From positions 124,001 to 188,000 of IMG/VR virus record IMGVR_UViG_3300032287_004484: DNA of 64,000 nt. One strand, given 5' to 3'. Positions 9,168-18,893 of the stretch are shown here, in pieces. The first letter of the stretch is position 1; every line of letters begins with the position of its first letter. Below the pieces are notes generated by a model. It did no database searches. It was not told where the DNA came from and saw nothing but the letters and a program-made list of their open reading frames with translations. Both the position numbers and the translations under genes were made by a program.

Positions 9168-9722
9168 TTAATGATTATTCAAATATTCTTGTAATGATGG
9201 TGCATTTCTATCTTTATTAGAAATCGTTATTTCTCTTATATTAACTGGTGGCATTCTTTTAATAAAGACTTCACTCTGTAAAAGAGGAATACCATTTATT
9301 ATTCTTTCATTTTCGGGAACTCTTGGAGATGATACAGAATATAAAACTCTATTATCATTTTCAAGAGTAAAAAATCCATGAGCACAGCCTTCTGGTACAT
9401 ATACTGATTGTAGAGTCGAATCTGTTAAAAAAACGACTTCTGTTTCTAAATAAGATGGTGATCCTTTTCTAAGATCAATAAAAAAATCATAAATTGATCC
9501 TTTCATTACTGTCACCAATTTTGCTTGTGCAAAATTACCTTCTTGAAAGTGTAAACCTCTAAGAACATGTTTTTTAGATTGAGAAATATTTTGCTGAATA
9601 AAGTGTTTAAAGTATTTATCTTTAAAATCATCTTGTAGATATTCAGAGAAAAAGCCTCTATCATCTTCAAAACTTTTATGGTCTAATAAAAAAGAATCTT
9701 GAATTTTTAAGTTAGTTATCAT
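9168..9722 (-). CDS. rmlC: dTDP-4-dehydrorhamnose 3,5-epimerase
   Basis: FEDDRGFFSE, VLRGLHFQ, QAKLV, DLRKGSPSY, GCAHGF. Confidence 0.9.
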   Translation of the reverse strand: MITNLKIQDSFLLDHKSFEDDRGFFSEYLQDDFKDKYFKHFIQQNISQSKKHVLRGLHFQEGNFAQAKLVTVMKGSIYDFFIDLRKGSPSYLETEVVFLTDSTLQSVYVPEGCAHGFFTLENDNRVLYSVSSPRVPENERIINGIPLLQSEVFIKRMPPVNIREITISNKDRNAPSLQEYLNNH

Positions 9723-9788
9723 AGTTTATTATATTTTATAAATGTATTTATTTAAAAATAAATAATAAAAAATATAAAATATAATTAT

Positions 9789-10424
9789 ATGGACTTAACT
9801 TTTGGAATAGTTACTAAATATGATGATAATAATCGTTTATTAGAAATAATAAATTCTATAAAAAATCTTCATATAAAAAACTATGAAATTATTTTTATTG
9901 GCGATGGAATAACAAGTGAAAATATTATTGGAGAAAATATTAAACATATAAAATTTGATGAAACTATAAAACAAGGTTGGATCACTAAAAAAAAGAATAT
10001 TATAGCAAAATCAGCAAAATATGAAATAATTGTTATGATGCATGATTATCATGTTTTTGATAAAGATTGGTATGAAAAATTTTTAATATTTGGTGATAAT
10101 TGGGATATATGTTGTACATCACAAATTATGATAGATGGTAGAAGGAATTTTGTAGATTGGGCCTTATGGGATAAACCTGGTTTTGGAAAAGGTCAAACAT
10201 GGGATTATAACGACTGGAATGAAACAAAATATATGTATATAAGCGGAGCTTTCTTTTTAGTTAAAAAATATGTTTTATTAAATGAACCTTTTAATGAATC
10301 TTTAACTTGGAATCAATCAGAAGATGTTGAGTGGTCTTTAAGAGTTAGAGAAAAATATAAAATCGTATGCAATGGATCTAGTGTTGTAAGACATAATAAG
10401 TCACATAGACATAATTATATGTAA
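9789..10424 (+). CDS. GT-A (GT2-like) glycosyltransferase
   Basis: LTFGIVT, WITKKKN, MHDY, EDVEWS. Confidence 0.75.
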   Translation: MDLTFGIVTKYDDNNRLLEIINSIKNLHIKNYEIIFIGDGITSENIIGENIKHIKFDETIKQGWITKKKNIIAKSAKYEIIVMMHDYHVFDKDWYEKFLIFGDNWDICCTSQIMIDGRRNFVDWALWDKPGFGKGQTWDYNDWNETKYMYISGAFFLVKKYVLLNEPFNESLTWNQSEDVEWSLRVREKYKIVCNGSSVVRHNKSHRHNYM

Positions 10425-10425
10425 T

Positions 10426-11799
10426 ATGAAAAATAAACTTGTAATTTTTGATTTAGATGGAGTATTAATTGATTCTAGAGATTTACATTATTACTCATTA
10501 AATAATGCTTTAAGTAAAATTGATAATAAATATATAATATCTAAAGATGAACATCTATCTATATTTGACGGATTAAGTACAACTAAAAAATTAAATTTAT
10601 TAGCTGAAATTAAAAAACTACCTAAAGAGTATCATCAGATCATTTGGGAAGATAAACAAAAAGCAACAATAGAATTATTAAAAAAAATTAATAAAAACAA
10701 AATCGCAATTTCTATAATTAATGAATTAAAAAAAATAGGATGGAAAGTAGCGGTTGCTTCTAATAGTATTAGAGAAACTTTAAGAGTATCTTTACATAGC
10801 ATTGGAATATTACATTTAATAGATTATATGGTTAGTAATGAAGATGTAATTAATCATAAACCTCATCCAGAAATGTATTGGAAGTGTATGTTATCTTTAA
10901 ATGCTTTACCATCTAATACTTTAATAGTTGAAGATTCACATATAGGAAGGCAAGCTGCATTATCTTCTGGAGCTAATCTTTATGCTATTAAAGATTCTTA
11001 TGAATTAAATTATAAAACATTTTTTAATGAACTTGAAAAGTTTGATAATAAAAAACAAAAAATAAATATACCTTGGAGTAATAAAAAAATGAACGTATTA
11101 ATCCCAATGGCTGGGGCTGGATCTAGATTTTCTCAAGCAGGATATACTTTTCCAAAACCATTAATTGAAGTTAATGGAAAACCAATGATTCAAAAAATAG
11201 TTGAAAATCTTAATATAGACGCTCATTATATTTTTATAGTACAAAAAGAACATTATGACAAATATAATTTAAAGCAATTATTAAATTTAATATCTCAAGA
11301 CTGTGATATAATTATTGTAGATTCTATTACTGAAGGAGCAGCTTGCACTGCTTTATTAGCAAAAGAAATAATAAACGATGATCAACCTCTTTTAATTGCT
11401 AATTCTGATCAAATTATGGATTGGAATTCTAATGAATGTTTATATGCTTTTTCTAATGATAATATTGATGGAGGAATTTTAGTTTTTGAATCAACACACC
11501 CTAAATGGTCTTTTGTTAAATTAGATTCTAATAATTTTGTAATAGAAGTTGCAGAAAAAAATCCTATTTCAAACATAGCTACTACAGGAGTTTATTATTG
11601 GTCAAAAGGTTCTCATTTTGTTAAATACGCAGAACAAATGATTACTAATAATATTAGAGTTAATAATGAATTTTATATATGTCCTATTTTTAATGAAGCT
11701 ATTAAAGATAATAAAAAAATTAAAATAAAATATGTTGATAAAATGTGGGGAATAGGTACCCCAGAAGATTTAAAATATTATTTGGAAAATAATAAATGA
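10426..11799 (+). CDS. HAD phosphatase fused to sugar nucleotidyltransferase
   Basis: N-half FDLDGVL, KPHPEMY, VEDS; C-half IPMAGAGSRF, PKPLIEV, ANSDQ, EFYICP, GTPEDL. Confidence 0.85.
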   Translation: MKNKLVIFDLDGVLIDSRDLHYYSLNNALSKIDNKYIISKDEHLSIFDGLSTTKKLNLLAEIKKLPKEYHQIIWEDKQKATIELLKKINKNKIAISIINELKKIGWKVAVASNSIRETLRVSLHSIGILHLIDYMVSNEDVINHKPHPEMYWKCMLSLNALPSNTLIVEDSHIGRQAALSSGANLYAIKDSYELNYKTFFNELEKFDNKKQKINIPWSNKKMNVLIPMAGAGSRFSQAGYTFPKPLIEVNGKPMIQKIVENLNIDAHYIFIVQKEHYDKYNLKQLLNLISQDCDIIIVDSITEGAACTALLAKEIINDDQPLLIANSDQIMDWNSNECLYAFSNDNIDGGILVFESTHPKWSFVKLDSNNFVIEVAEKNPISNIATTGVYYWSKGSHFVKYAEQMITNNIRVNNEFYICPIFNEAIKDNKKIKIKYVDKMWGIGTPEDLKYYLENNK

Positions 11800-12497
11800 A
11801 AAATATAAATGAATATTTAAATATGCAAAAAAATCAATATGAATTTGAAGCCTCAAACTGGAGTCTACAAAATTTAGATCATGTTGTAGGAAGTTATCAA
11901 GAACATAACAATTGGAAAGATTATGATGATTACCTTTTTAAAGATATAAATACTAATAATTTAGTTGGATTAGAATATGGATGTGGTCCAGCAAGAAATC
12001 TAATTAGATTTAATAATAGATTTTTAAAAATTGATGGATGTGATATTTCTAAAAATAATATTGATAAAGCTGAATTAAACTTAAAACATAATAACATAAA
12101 TAATTATTCTTTATTTATTTGTGATGGAAAAAGTATTCCAGCACAAAGTGAATTTTATGATATAATTTTTAGTGTTATATGTTTACAGCATATAGCTTGT
12201 TATGATATTCGTTATAGCATATTTAATGATATATATAGATGTTTAAAAAAAGATGGATATTTTTGTTTTCAAATGGGCTTTGGAAAAAAAAATAATTTTA
12301 ATGTTTCTAATTATTATGATAACTCTTTTGACGTTAATGTTACTAATGGTCTACATGATGTTATAATTGAAGATGAAAATTATTTAATTAATGATTTAAA
12401 AGATAAAATAGGATTTAGAAACTATATTTCTTATATAAGACCTACTGGACCTGGAGATTATCACGAAAATTGGATTTGGGTGCAAGCTCAAAAATGA
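11796..12497 (+). CDS. Class I SAM-dependent methyltransferase
   Basis: LEYGCGPAR, GCDIS, YDIIFSVICLQH, LKKDG. Confidence 0.85.
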   Translation: MKNINEYLNMQKNQYEFEASNWSLQNLDHVVGSYQEHNNWKDYDDYLFKDINTNNLVGLEYGCGPARNLIRFNNRFLKIDGCDISKNNIDKAELNLKHNNINNYSLFICDGKSIPAQSEFYDIIFSVICLQHIACYDIRYSIFNDIYRCLKKDGYFCFQMGFGKKNNFNVSNYYDNSFDVNVTNGLHDVIIEDENYLINDLKDKIGFRNYISYIRPTGPGDYHENWIWVQAQK

Positions 12498-12940
12498 TAT
12501 TAATATCACATAGAGGAAACTTAAATGGTCCAAATATATCTTTTGAAAATAATCCAGAATACATTTTATCTTGTATCAATGATAATTTTGATTGTGAAAT
12601 TGATTTTTGGTTATTTAATAATAAATTATATCTAGGACACGATGAACCTCAATATCAAATTAATTTAGATTTTTTTAATAATAAAAACTTATGGATACAT
12701 TGTAAAAATAATTTATCTTTAGATTTTTGTTTAAAAAACAACCTAAGATGTTTTTTTCATAATAATGATGATTATACTATTACAAATAAAGGATATATTT
12801 GGGCATATCCAGGAAAAGAGTTTAATTCAAATTTATGTATTTCAGTTTTACCAGAAAAAAATAATTTTTTTATTCCAAAAAATATCTATGGAGTATGTTC
12901 TGATTATATAATTAAAATAAAGGAAATTTTAAATGTTTAA
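12494..12940 (+). CDS. Glycerophosphodiester phosphodiesterase / PI-PLC-like protein
   Basis: ISHRGN, CEIDFW, LGHDEP, LWIHCKN, GVCSD; start moved to the ATGA overlap. Confidence 0.75.
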   Translation: MILISHRGNLNGPNISFENNPEYILSCINDNFDCEIDFWLFNNKLYLGHDEPQYQINLDFFNNKNLWIHCKNNLSLDFCLKNNLRCFFHNNDDYTITNKGYIWAYPGKEFNSNLCISVLPEKNNFFIPKNIYGVCSDYIIKIKEILNV

Positions 12941-13727
12941 AGAAATAGATTATAATAAAAGAATACTAATAGGTACACCACTAGTTGATTGGAAGTGTTA
13001 TAAAAATGAACACGAAGCATGGTTGATAAACAGACACGAAATAAAAAATACTTTTAAAAATTGTGAATTTTTTTCTGCTTTTGAAATAAATAAAACTGGA
13101 TTAGATCCTTTTAATTCTGTAATTCAAAAATTAAATGAAATAAATGGAAAATATTGGACTTATTCAATTAATGATAATGAAAAAGAAATAAGAGAAATAA
13201 ATAGACTTATAAGAATAGAAACTGGTAGAAATTTAGTTAGAGAATATGCTCAAAGAAAAAGAATAACTAAGGGTGGTTCTTGGGGAGAAGATTGTACTTC
13301 TGAAAATAATTCGGTTTTTAATTTTGATGCTATATTATATGTGGATAGTGATATGATATTAACAAAACAAGTGATAGAAGGAGTTATATCTATTGATCAT
13401 CCATTGGTTGGTTGTAGAACATATTACGGATTACCGCCTGGAAAAATAATTAATCATAATCCTTTAATTGAAGAACACTGGACTACAGCTGGACTTTTAT
13501 TAGTAAATTCACCTGCATATTATGATTTGCCTTGGTATCATAATGCTTATTTAAATTTAAGCGATGATCCAAGTTTTCAATATATGTCATCAAGATTAAA
13601 TGAAATGAAAAACGATTTAACAATTAATCAACCTTATGGGATGACATGGGTTAGAAAAGATATTTATATAGATCATGTTGGACAAATAGGATTATTAGAA
13701 CATAGAAATTTACCAAATAGAGAATAA
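12933..13727 (+). CDS. Putative GT-A glycosyltransferase
   Basis: ILIGTP, GRN, YVDSD, SDDP. Confidence 0.6.
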   Translation: MFKEIDYNKRILIGTPLVDWKCYKNEHEAWLINRHEIKNTFKNCEFFSAFEINKTGLDPFNSVIQKLNEINGKYWTYSINDNEKEIREINRLIRIETGRNLVREYAQRKRITKGGSWGEDCTSENNSVFNFDAILYVDSDMILTKQVIEGVISIDHPLVGCRTYYGLPPGKIINHNPLIEEHWTTAGLLLVNSPAYYDLPWYHNAYLNLSDDPSFQYMSSRLNEMKNDLTINQPYGMTWVRKDIYIDHVGQIGLLEHRNLPNRE

Positions 13728-13729
13728 AA

Positions 13730-14362
13730 TTATAAAATTAATTCTTCATAATCTTTAGGTACTCCATTTTTAAAACAAAAATGTTTAGATTGATTTAATC
13801 CTATCCATCCTTCAGCTCTATGTCTATGTTCGTAATTAGGAGATGGTAGATTTTTTATAAAATTTAATGTTGTCCACCAAAAAGTTCCAGCATAAAAATT
13901 ATTATGTCCAACATGTTCTGGACCCGAACTATTCATCCAATATATTCCAACGGTGTCATAACCTTCAATCATTTTATTAATACAATCGTTCCAATTTAAA
14001 ACATTATATTTTGTCATAGTTTCACGCCAAGGAATATTTGGATAATCTTGACTATAAGAACCCTTAGTATGAGCATATAAAATATATCCATCGTTGTATT
14101 GAGAAAAATTATATAATTCTTGTTGCGTAACTTGTTCCCATCCATTATTTTTAATAGAAACTATTTCATAATTATAATTATTAACGTTTAAAAAGTTTTT
14201 TACGTTATTAATATTTTCATTATTTCCAACAAAACCTATTTTTACAGGAGATGTAAGTGAATCATATAATTTAGATTTTTTTAATGCCCTAAAATGCTGA
14301 TCAACTGGTGTTTGCCACAATCCATCAGCATATATATGATAAAAATGATAAATTCTCACCAA
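13730..14362 (-). CDS. Putative glycosyltransferase (paralog of 14356-15015)
   Basis: YHFYHIY, GWEQVT, LYAHTKG, YAGTFWW, AEGWIG. Confidence 0.6.
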   Translation of the reverse strand: MVRIYHFYHIYADGLWQTPVDQHFRALKKSKLYDSLTSPVKIGFVGNNENINNVKNFLNVNNYNYEIVSIKNNGWEQVTQQELYNFSQYNDGYILYAHTKGSYSQDYPNIPWRETMTKYNVLNWNDCINKMIEGYDTVGIYWMNSSGPEHVGHNNFYAGTFWWTTLNFIKNLPSPNYEHRHRAEGWIGLNQSKHFCFKNGVPKDYEELIL

Positions 14363-15015
14363 GATATTACTCTTCCTATTTCATCACCTGGATGAGTAGG
14401 AGTCCAATCATATTGATTAAAGGGTTCATTGTTTTTTTCAACCGATGGTTTTAAAAAACCTATCCATCCTTCTGCATCATAACGATTTCCTCTAGCAACT
14501 TTTGGAAAATTTCTAATATATTTACAATGTGTCCACCAAAAAGTTCCAGCATAATATCCATCCATAGATTCATCTAATTTACTAGGTATCGGAATATAAT
14601 AACAACCTACTCCAGAATGACCATTATTTAAAAAATTAACACAATCGCTCCAACGAACAACATTATAATATTCCATGCTTTTTCTCCATCTAACATGAAG
14701 ATCGTTATAATTAACTGCTGTTTTAGTGTGCGTATATAAAACTAAACCATCATTTTCTTTTGAATGATAATATAAAGAATCTAAAGTTTCTTGTTCCCAT
14801 CCATCATCTGTTTCATTACAAAAATTAATATTTAAATTATAATTTCTTATAAAATCTTTTACGATGTTTCTATTATCAATATTTCCTACTATTCCAACGT
14901 TAAAAGATTTAAGATTATTAATTAAACCAAATCTAATTAAAGTATCAAAATGTTCTTGAAGAGGTTCTTGCCATCTTCCATCAGCATATACATGATAAAA
15001 ATGATACAAATTCAT
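14356..15015 (-). CDS. Putative glycosyltransferase (paralog of 13730-14362)
   Basis: YHFYHVY, GWEQET, LYTHTK, YAGTFWW, AEGWIG. Confidence 0.6.
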   Translation of the reverse strand: MNLYHFYHVYADGRWQEPLQEHFDTLIRFGLINNLKSFNVGIVGNIDNRNIVKDFIRNYNLNINFCNETDDGWEQETLDSLYYHSKENDGLVLYTHTKTAVNYNDLHVRWRKSMEYYNVVRWSDCVNFLNNGHSGVGCYYIPIPSKLDESMDGYYAGTFWWTHCKYIRNFPKVARGNRYDAEGWIGFLKPSVEKNNEPFNQYDWTPTHPGDEIGRVISW

Positions 15016-15063
15016 GTTTTTTTTTATTTCCTTTTTTAATAATTATATAAAAAAAATATAATA

Positions 15064-15426
15064 TTATGATACTATGATATTACTTTTATTTAAACTTGCA
15101 TATACACTTAATGCTAAACTTGATCCGCTATCATTTCTAAATATTACTTCTTTACATGGTCCGATAACGTTTTGAGTTATTTGATTATTAACTTTTTTAA
15201 ATAGAATAAAATCATTATAAGTTTCAGAAACACCATTCATTTTAACTTTTACATCTTGATCATACCAAAAAGTTATTGATTTAAATCCTATGGTCCCACT
15301 AACTGTTCCATCACTAATTTTATCATTGCCAGTTTTTGATGCATTATATACGGTTTCTAAATTAATTTCACTTCCATTAGAAATAGATGCTGAGTATGCA
15401 ATATAAGTTCTTCTGTTATAAGCCAT
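15064..15426 (-). CDS. Hypothetical protein, possibly virion structural
   Basis: Beta-rich 120 aa ORF, AAGGA RBS, TAAATAT upstream. Confidence 0.6.
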   Translation of the reverse strand: MAYNRRTYIAYSASISNGSEINLETVYNASKTGNDKISDGTVSGTIGFKSITFWYDQDVKVKMNGVSETYNDFILFKKVNNQITQNVIGPCKEVIFRNDSGSSLALSVYASLNKSNIIVS

Positions 15427-15561
15427 TTTTTAGTTCCTTAATATATTATATTTATTAACGTTGTGATATTTAATTTAAAATTTTAATATTATTATTTAAT
15501 GTTTTAAAAATAATTTTATTTTTTATAAAATAAATTTAAATCCAAGAGTAAAGATATAATT

Positions 15562-15786
15562 ATGAGGAAAATAAAAGATAACAAAATAAAAAATATTGTT
15601 GATTTAGAAGATGAAGAGTCAATAAAAATTGCTATTATAAAAGCAAGAGTACAATATAATTTATCGTTACCTCAAGCTTTAGTTTTTATTATTAAAAAAA
15701 TTGAAAAACAAACTAAAGACGTTTTCTCTGAAACTGAAATTGAAGAACTCTGTTTTTATTTATTACAGAGGTGTGGATTAATATGA
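15562..15786 (+). CDS. Hypothetical protein
   Basis: 74 aa ORF heading a coupled operon. Confidence 0.6.
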   Translation: MRKIKDNKIKNIVDLEDEESIKIAIIKARVQYNLSLPQALVFIIKKIEKQTKDVFSETEIEELCFYLLQRCGLI

Positions 15787-16835
15787 GATTTGACAATTTA
15801 TATGACGCATCATCAGCAAAAGCATCTTCTTTAAAAATAGAAGACGATTATAGAAGAAAATTTCTTCCTGTTTCTAATCTTTTTTCATTTGACCCAACAG
15901 CTAATATTAACTTACAAAGAAAACTGTTAAATAGTGAAGTTAAAACTATTTTAAATAAAAAGAAAAAAGAATTAAAAAAATGGAAATCACCTCCTCTTGG
16001 AATGAATTTAAAGGTTCATTCTCATAGACTTTATACGCAATTATATGATTTTTATCCAGAAAGCGGAATGTTAGTTGTTCCTTATGAAATTATTATTTAT
16101 GATACAAACAGCGGGATAGAATTTAAAATTCAAGAAAAATATCCAGATTTAGTACAATGGAATCTTCAATTGATGAGTATTGAAGCTCTTAAAAGATATT
16201 ATGGAATGATTAAAGAATTATTAGGCGGATTAAATAAAGAGGATTTTAAAGATATTCTTTTTCATTTTTTTGATAATCGCTATTTCTTTCCAAATAAATC
16301 TTTTAAACCATGGATTTGGTATGATGTAAGAACTTTAGATATAAAACCTTTTCCAATTAAAGGTGTTCAAGATTATCCTGGAATTATAGTTAAGGGTTAT
16401 ATGTTTTTTTGGGGAGACCTTTGGTTAGAAAAATATATTCGAGACAGTTTAATTGAAAAAGAATCTGGATTTGGTTTTAGAAATTTTTTAATAAGTCCTT
16501 ATAATATACCTCCTATATTTTTTACTTATCCTAATAAAACTTTAGTTACTGATTGGATGTTAGAAAAGATTGGTAATTTAATTAAAGAAGAAGATAATAT
16601 AGTATCTAATATTTTTAAAACTCAATTAGGTGTTAATACTTTTAAAGATATTAAAATTAGTGTTAGTAAAGTTGGCATTAAAGATATAAAGATAACTTTT
16701 GAAGATGTTTTTTATCTTCCGAATGAAAAAAATTGGGGAACTAAAACTCAGACAAAATTAAAAGATTTTTCTAAATATTTACCTAATAAAAAAATAAATA
16801 TAAAAATGACAAGGAACCATGGAAGAGTTATTTGA
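15783..16835 (+). CDS. Hypothetical protein
   Basis: ~350 aa ORF; start placed at the ATGA overlap. Confidence 0.7.
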   Translation: MRFDNLYDASSAKASSLKIEDDYRRKFLPVSNLFSFDPTANINLQRKLLNSEVKTILNKKKKELKKWKSPPLGMNLKVHSHRLYTQLYDFYPESGMLVVPYEIIIYDTNSGIEFKIQEKYPDLVQWNLQLMSIEALKRYYGMIKELLGGLNKEDFKDILFHFFDNRYFFPNKSFKPWIWYDVRTLDIKPFPIKGVQDYPGIIVKGYMFFWGDLWLEKYIRDSLIEKESGFGFRNFLISPYNIPPIFFTYPNKTLVTDWMLEKIGNLIKEEDNIVSNIFKTQLGVNTFKDIKISVSKVGIKDIKITFEDVFYLPNEKNWGTKTQTKLKDFSKYLPNKKINIKMTRNHGRVI

Positions 16836-18141
16836 ATCAAGAATAAAAGTCACTATTCATAATAAAACATATAATTTTACTTTTCCTGACTTATCAGAAG
16901 TGAATGGAAGAATTATTTTTGTAAATAATGTTAAAAAAGAATTAAGAGAGTATTTTTTTAAAGGATATGAAGATAATAGATCAGGAAAATCAAAACCTAA
17001 TTCTTTTACAAGTAGAGTTTCTGAGGCTGATTTATTTATGAAAAGAAAATTATCCTCTATGTTAGAAGAGATTTATGATGCTGGTTATAAAAAATACGAT
17101 TTAGATAAAGAAAAAGAATATAAAGTTGAAGATTTAGATATAGAGGATCCAAAATTAGAATCTAACATTAAAATATTAGCAAGTCAAAGTTTTTCTGATG
17201 GGATGAACGATGCTAAAAATTCATCTTATAAAAAAACTAAAATTAATATACCTAATGAATTATTTTTTATTAAAGATAAATTAAATGATATTTTAATTAA
17301 AGCTTATAATGATGGATATGATGAAGGTATCAAATTTATTAATCAAAAATATAAAATTGATATTCCAAAAATTAATAATTCATATATTCAAGAAAAAATT
17401 AAAATAGAAATTGATTCTGCTTTTGCTACTGGTAAAAAAGATTTTGACGATAATAAACCAGAAAATTTAAATTACGAACCTAATTTAAATTTTATTAAGG
17501 ATTCTGTTTTAAAAAATCAGGTTTTAGATACTGTTAAAAAAGCATACGCTGACGGATATCAGGATTATCTTAATAAGGCAGAAAAAAAACTATTAGAAAA
17601 ACAAAAAGAAAATGAAATTAGAACTAAAGAAGAAAAAGAATTATTTTATCTTATAAAAAAATATGGAAAAATTTTACAAAATAAATTTGTTAGCGCTCTT
17701 TATCAATATGTAATTAAAAGTAATGAACTTAAAGATTTAGGTGATTATAATTTTATTAATATTAAAAGTGAAGACCAAAATTTATTAGACCAAGTTAAAA
17801 AAATAGTTACATCTGCTTTTACTAAAGGTAAAGAAGATGCTATGAATGGAAGAAGAAAGAGGTTTCCAATTTTTAGTATGCCTTATAAAATAAAAGATGA
17901 TCTTATTCAAAATGAAGTTGTTAATTTAGTTAATAAAGCATACGATGATGGATATAATCTTGTAATGGATGAAATACATAAAAACTTAACTTCTGAAATT
18001 AATAAAAATCCAGAAATTAAAAGATTAGAAGAATTATTAGAAAAATTTAAAAAATATAAACCGATTAAAAAAATATCTAATCTTCCAGATCGTTATGTTA
18101 ATCAAATGATTTATTCGGTGGAAGTTCCTAGTGAATCTTGA
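16819..18141 (+). CDS. Repeat protein with four F-x-x-G-x-x-D...Y-x-x-G-Y units (Rmf/CrpP-like fold?)
   Basis: Four ~55 aa internal repeats visible in the translation. Confidence 0.65.
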   Translation: MEELFESRIKVTIHNKTYNFTFPDLSEVNGRIIFVNNVKKELREYFFKGYEDNRSGKSKPNSFTSRVSEADLFMKRKLSSMLEEIYDAGYKKYDLDKEKEYKVEDLDIEDPKLESNIKILASQSFSDGMNDAKNSSYKKTKINIPNELFFIKDKLNDILIKAYNDGYDEGIKFINQKYKIDIPKINNSYIQEKIKIEIDSAFATGKKDFDDNKPENLNYEPNLNFIKDSVLKNQVLDTVKKAYADGYQDYLNKAEKKLLEKQKENEIRTKEEKELFYLIKKYGKILQNKFVSALYQYVIKSNELKDLGDYNFINIKSEDQNLLDQVKKIVTSAFTKGKEDAMNGRRKRFPIFSMPYKIKDDLIQNEVVNLVNKAYDDGYNLVMDEIHKNLTSEINKNPEIKRLEELLEKFKKYKPIKKISNLPDRYVNQMIYSVEVPSES

Positions 18142-18547
18142 CGAAATAGTCAAAACAGATCTTTCATCTATTACTTATAGATCAGTTCGTGAAAGAAGAA
18201 AAGACTTTAGAAGGAAAACTCCTAATACAGTTTTTTTATTTAAAGATAAAAATATTTTACACTACTCTTCTCCATCAACTAAAAACAGAAATAAAACTTA
18301 TAAAATATTAGTTAAAAAAGATAAGAATAATGATATATTTTTTCATTGTACTTGTAGTGCTTTTAATATGCAAGGATTTGCTTATCGAGCTCACTCTTTG
18401 GGTTGTGGAATAAAAAAAGAAACTAGAAGAGATTATAGATGGAGAAAATATCACGGTAAAAACACTGTTCTATGTAAACATCTATGGATTCTATTTCATA
18501 AAGATATAAAAAAATTAAAAAATAATCTTGAAAGAATCAAAAAATAA
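18131..18547 (+). CDS. SWIM zinc-finger protein
   Basis: HCTCSAF...LCKHL. Confidence 0.75.
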   Translation: MNLDEIVKTDLSSITYRSVRERRKDFRRKTPNTVFLFKDKNILHYSSPSTKNRNKTYKILVKKDKNNDIFFHCTCSAFNMQGFAYRAHSLGCGIKKETRRDYRWRKYHGKNTVLCKHLWILFHKDIKKLKNNLERIKK

Positions 18548-18575
18548 TATATTATCTCCACCCATGGAAAACAAA

Positions 18576-18884
18576 ATGAGTAAATTTAGAGATTATTTAG
18601 AAAAAATTAAAGTTGATTATAATTTAAATGATGTTGTAATTTCAGAGGCAAAAAAGAAAAAAAAGAAAAAAATGAAGCCAACTGAAAAATTAGAACCTGG
18701 CGATGTACTATATAAAGGTACAGGTACTTCTGCTGATAAGTTAGGTGTTGGTAAGGCTGCATATAGAAAATATTTTTTAAATATAAAAAATGGATTATTA
18801 GCTTCTGGAAAAAATGCTGGTAGTGCTATTGCTATTGCTTATTATTCTACTAATAAACATTTTAAAGACTTAGAAAAAAAATAA
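18576..18884 (+). CDS. Small basic protein with leader-like N-terminus
   Basis: Likely start MSKFRDYLEKI...VISE then AKKKKKKK; AIAIAY near C-terminus. Confidence 0.65.
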   Translation: MSKFRDYLEKIKVDYNLNDVVISEAKKKKKKKMKPTEKLEPGDVLYKGTGTSADKLGVGKAAYRKYFLNIKNGLLASGKNAGSAIAIAYYSTNKHFKDLEKK

Positions 18885-18893
18885 TTTTATTGA

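Noticed and set aside
1-15015. Bacterial O-antigen/capsule locus or giant (NCLDV) virus origin
   Set aside because: No wzx/wzy/ABC export genes; SD sites, coupled operons, tail fibres and a gp21 protease indicate a tailed phage
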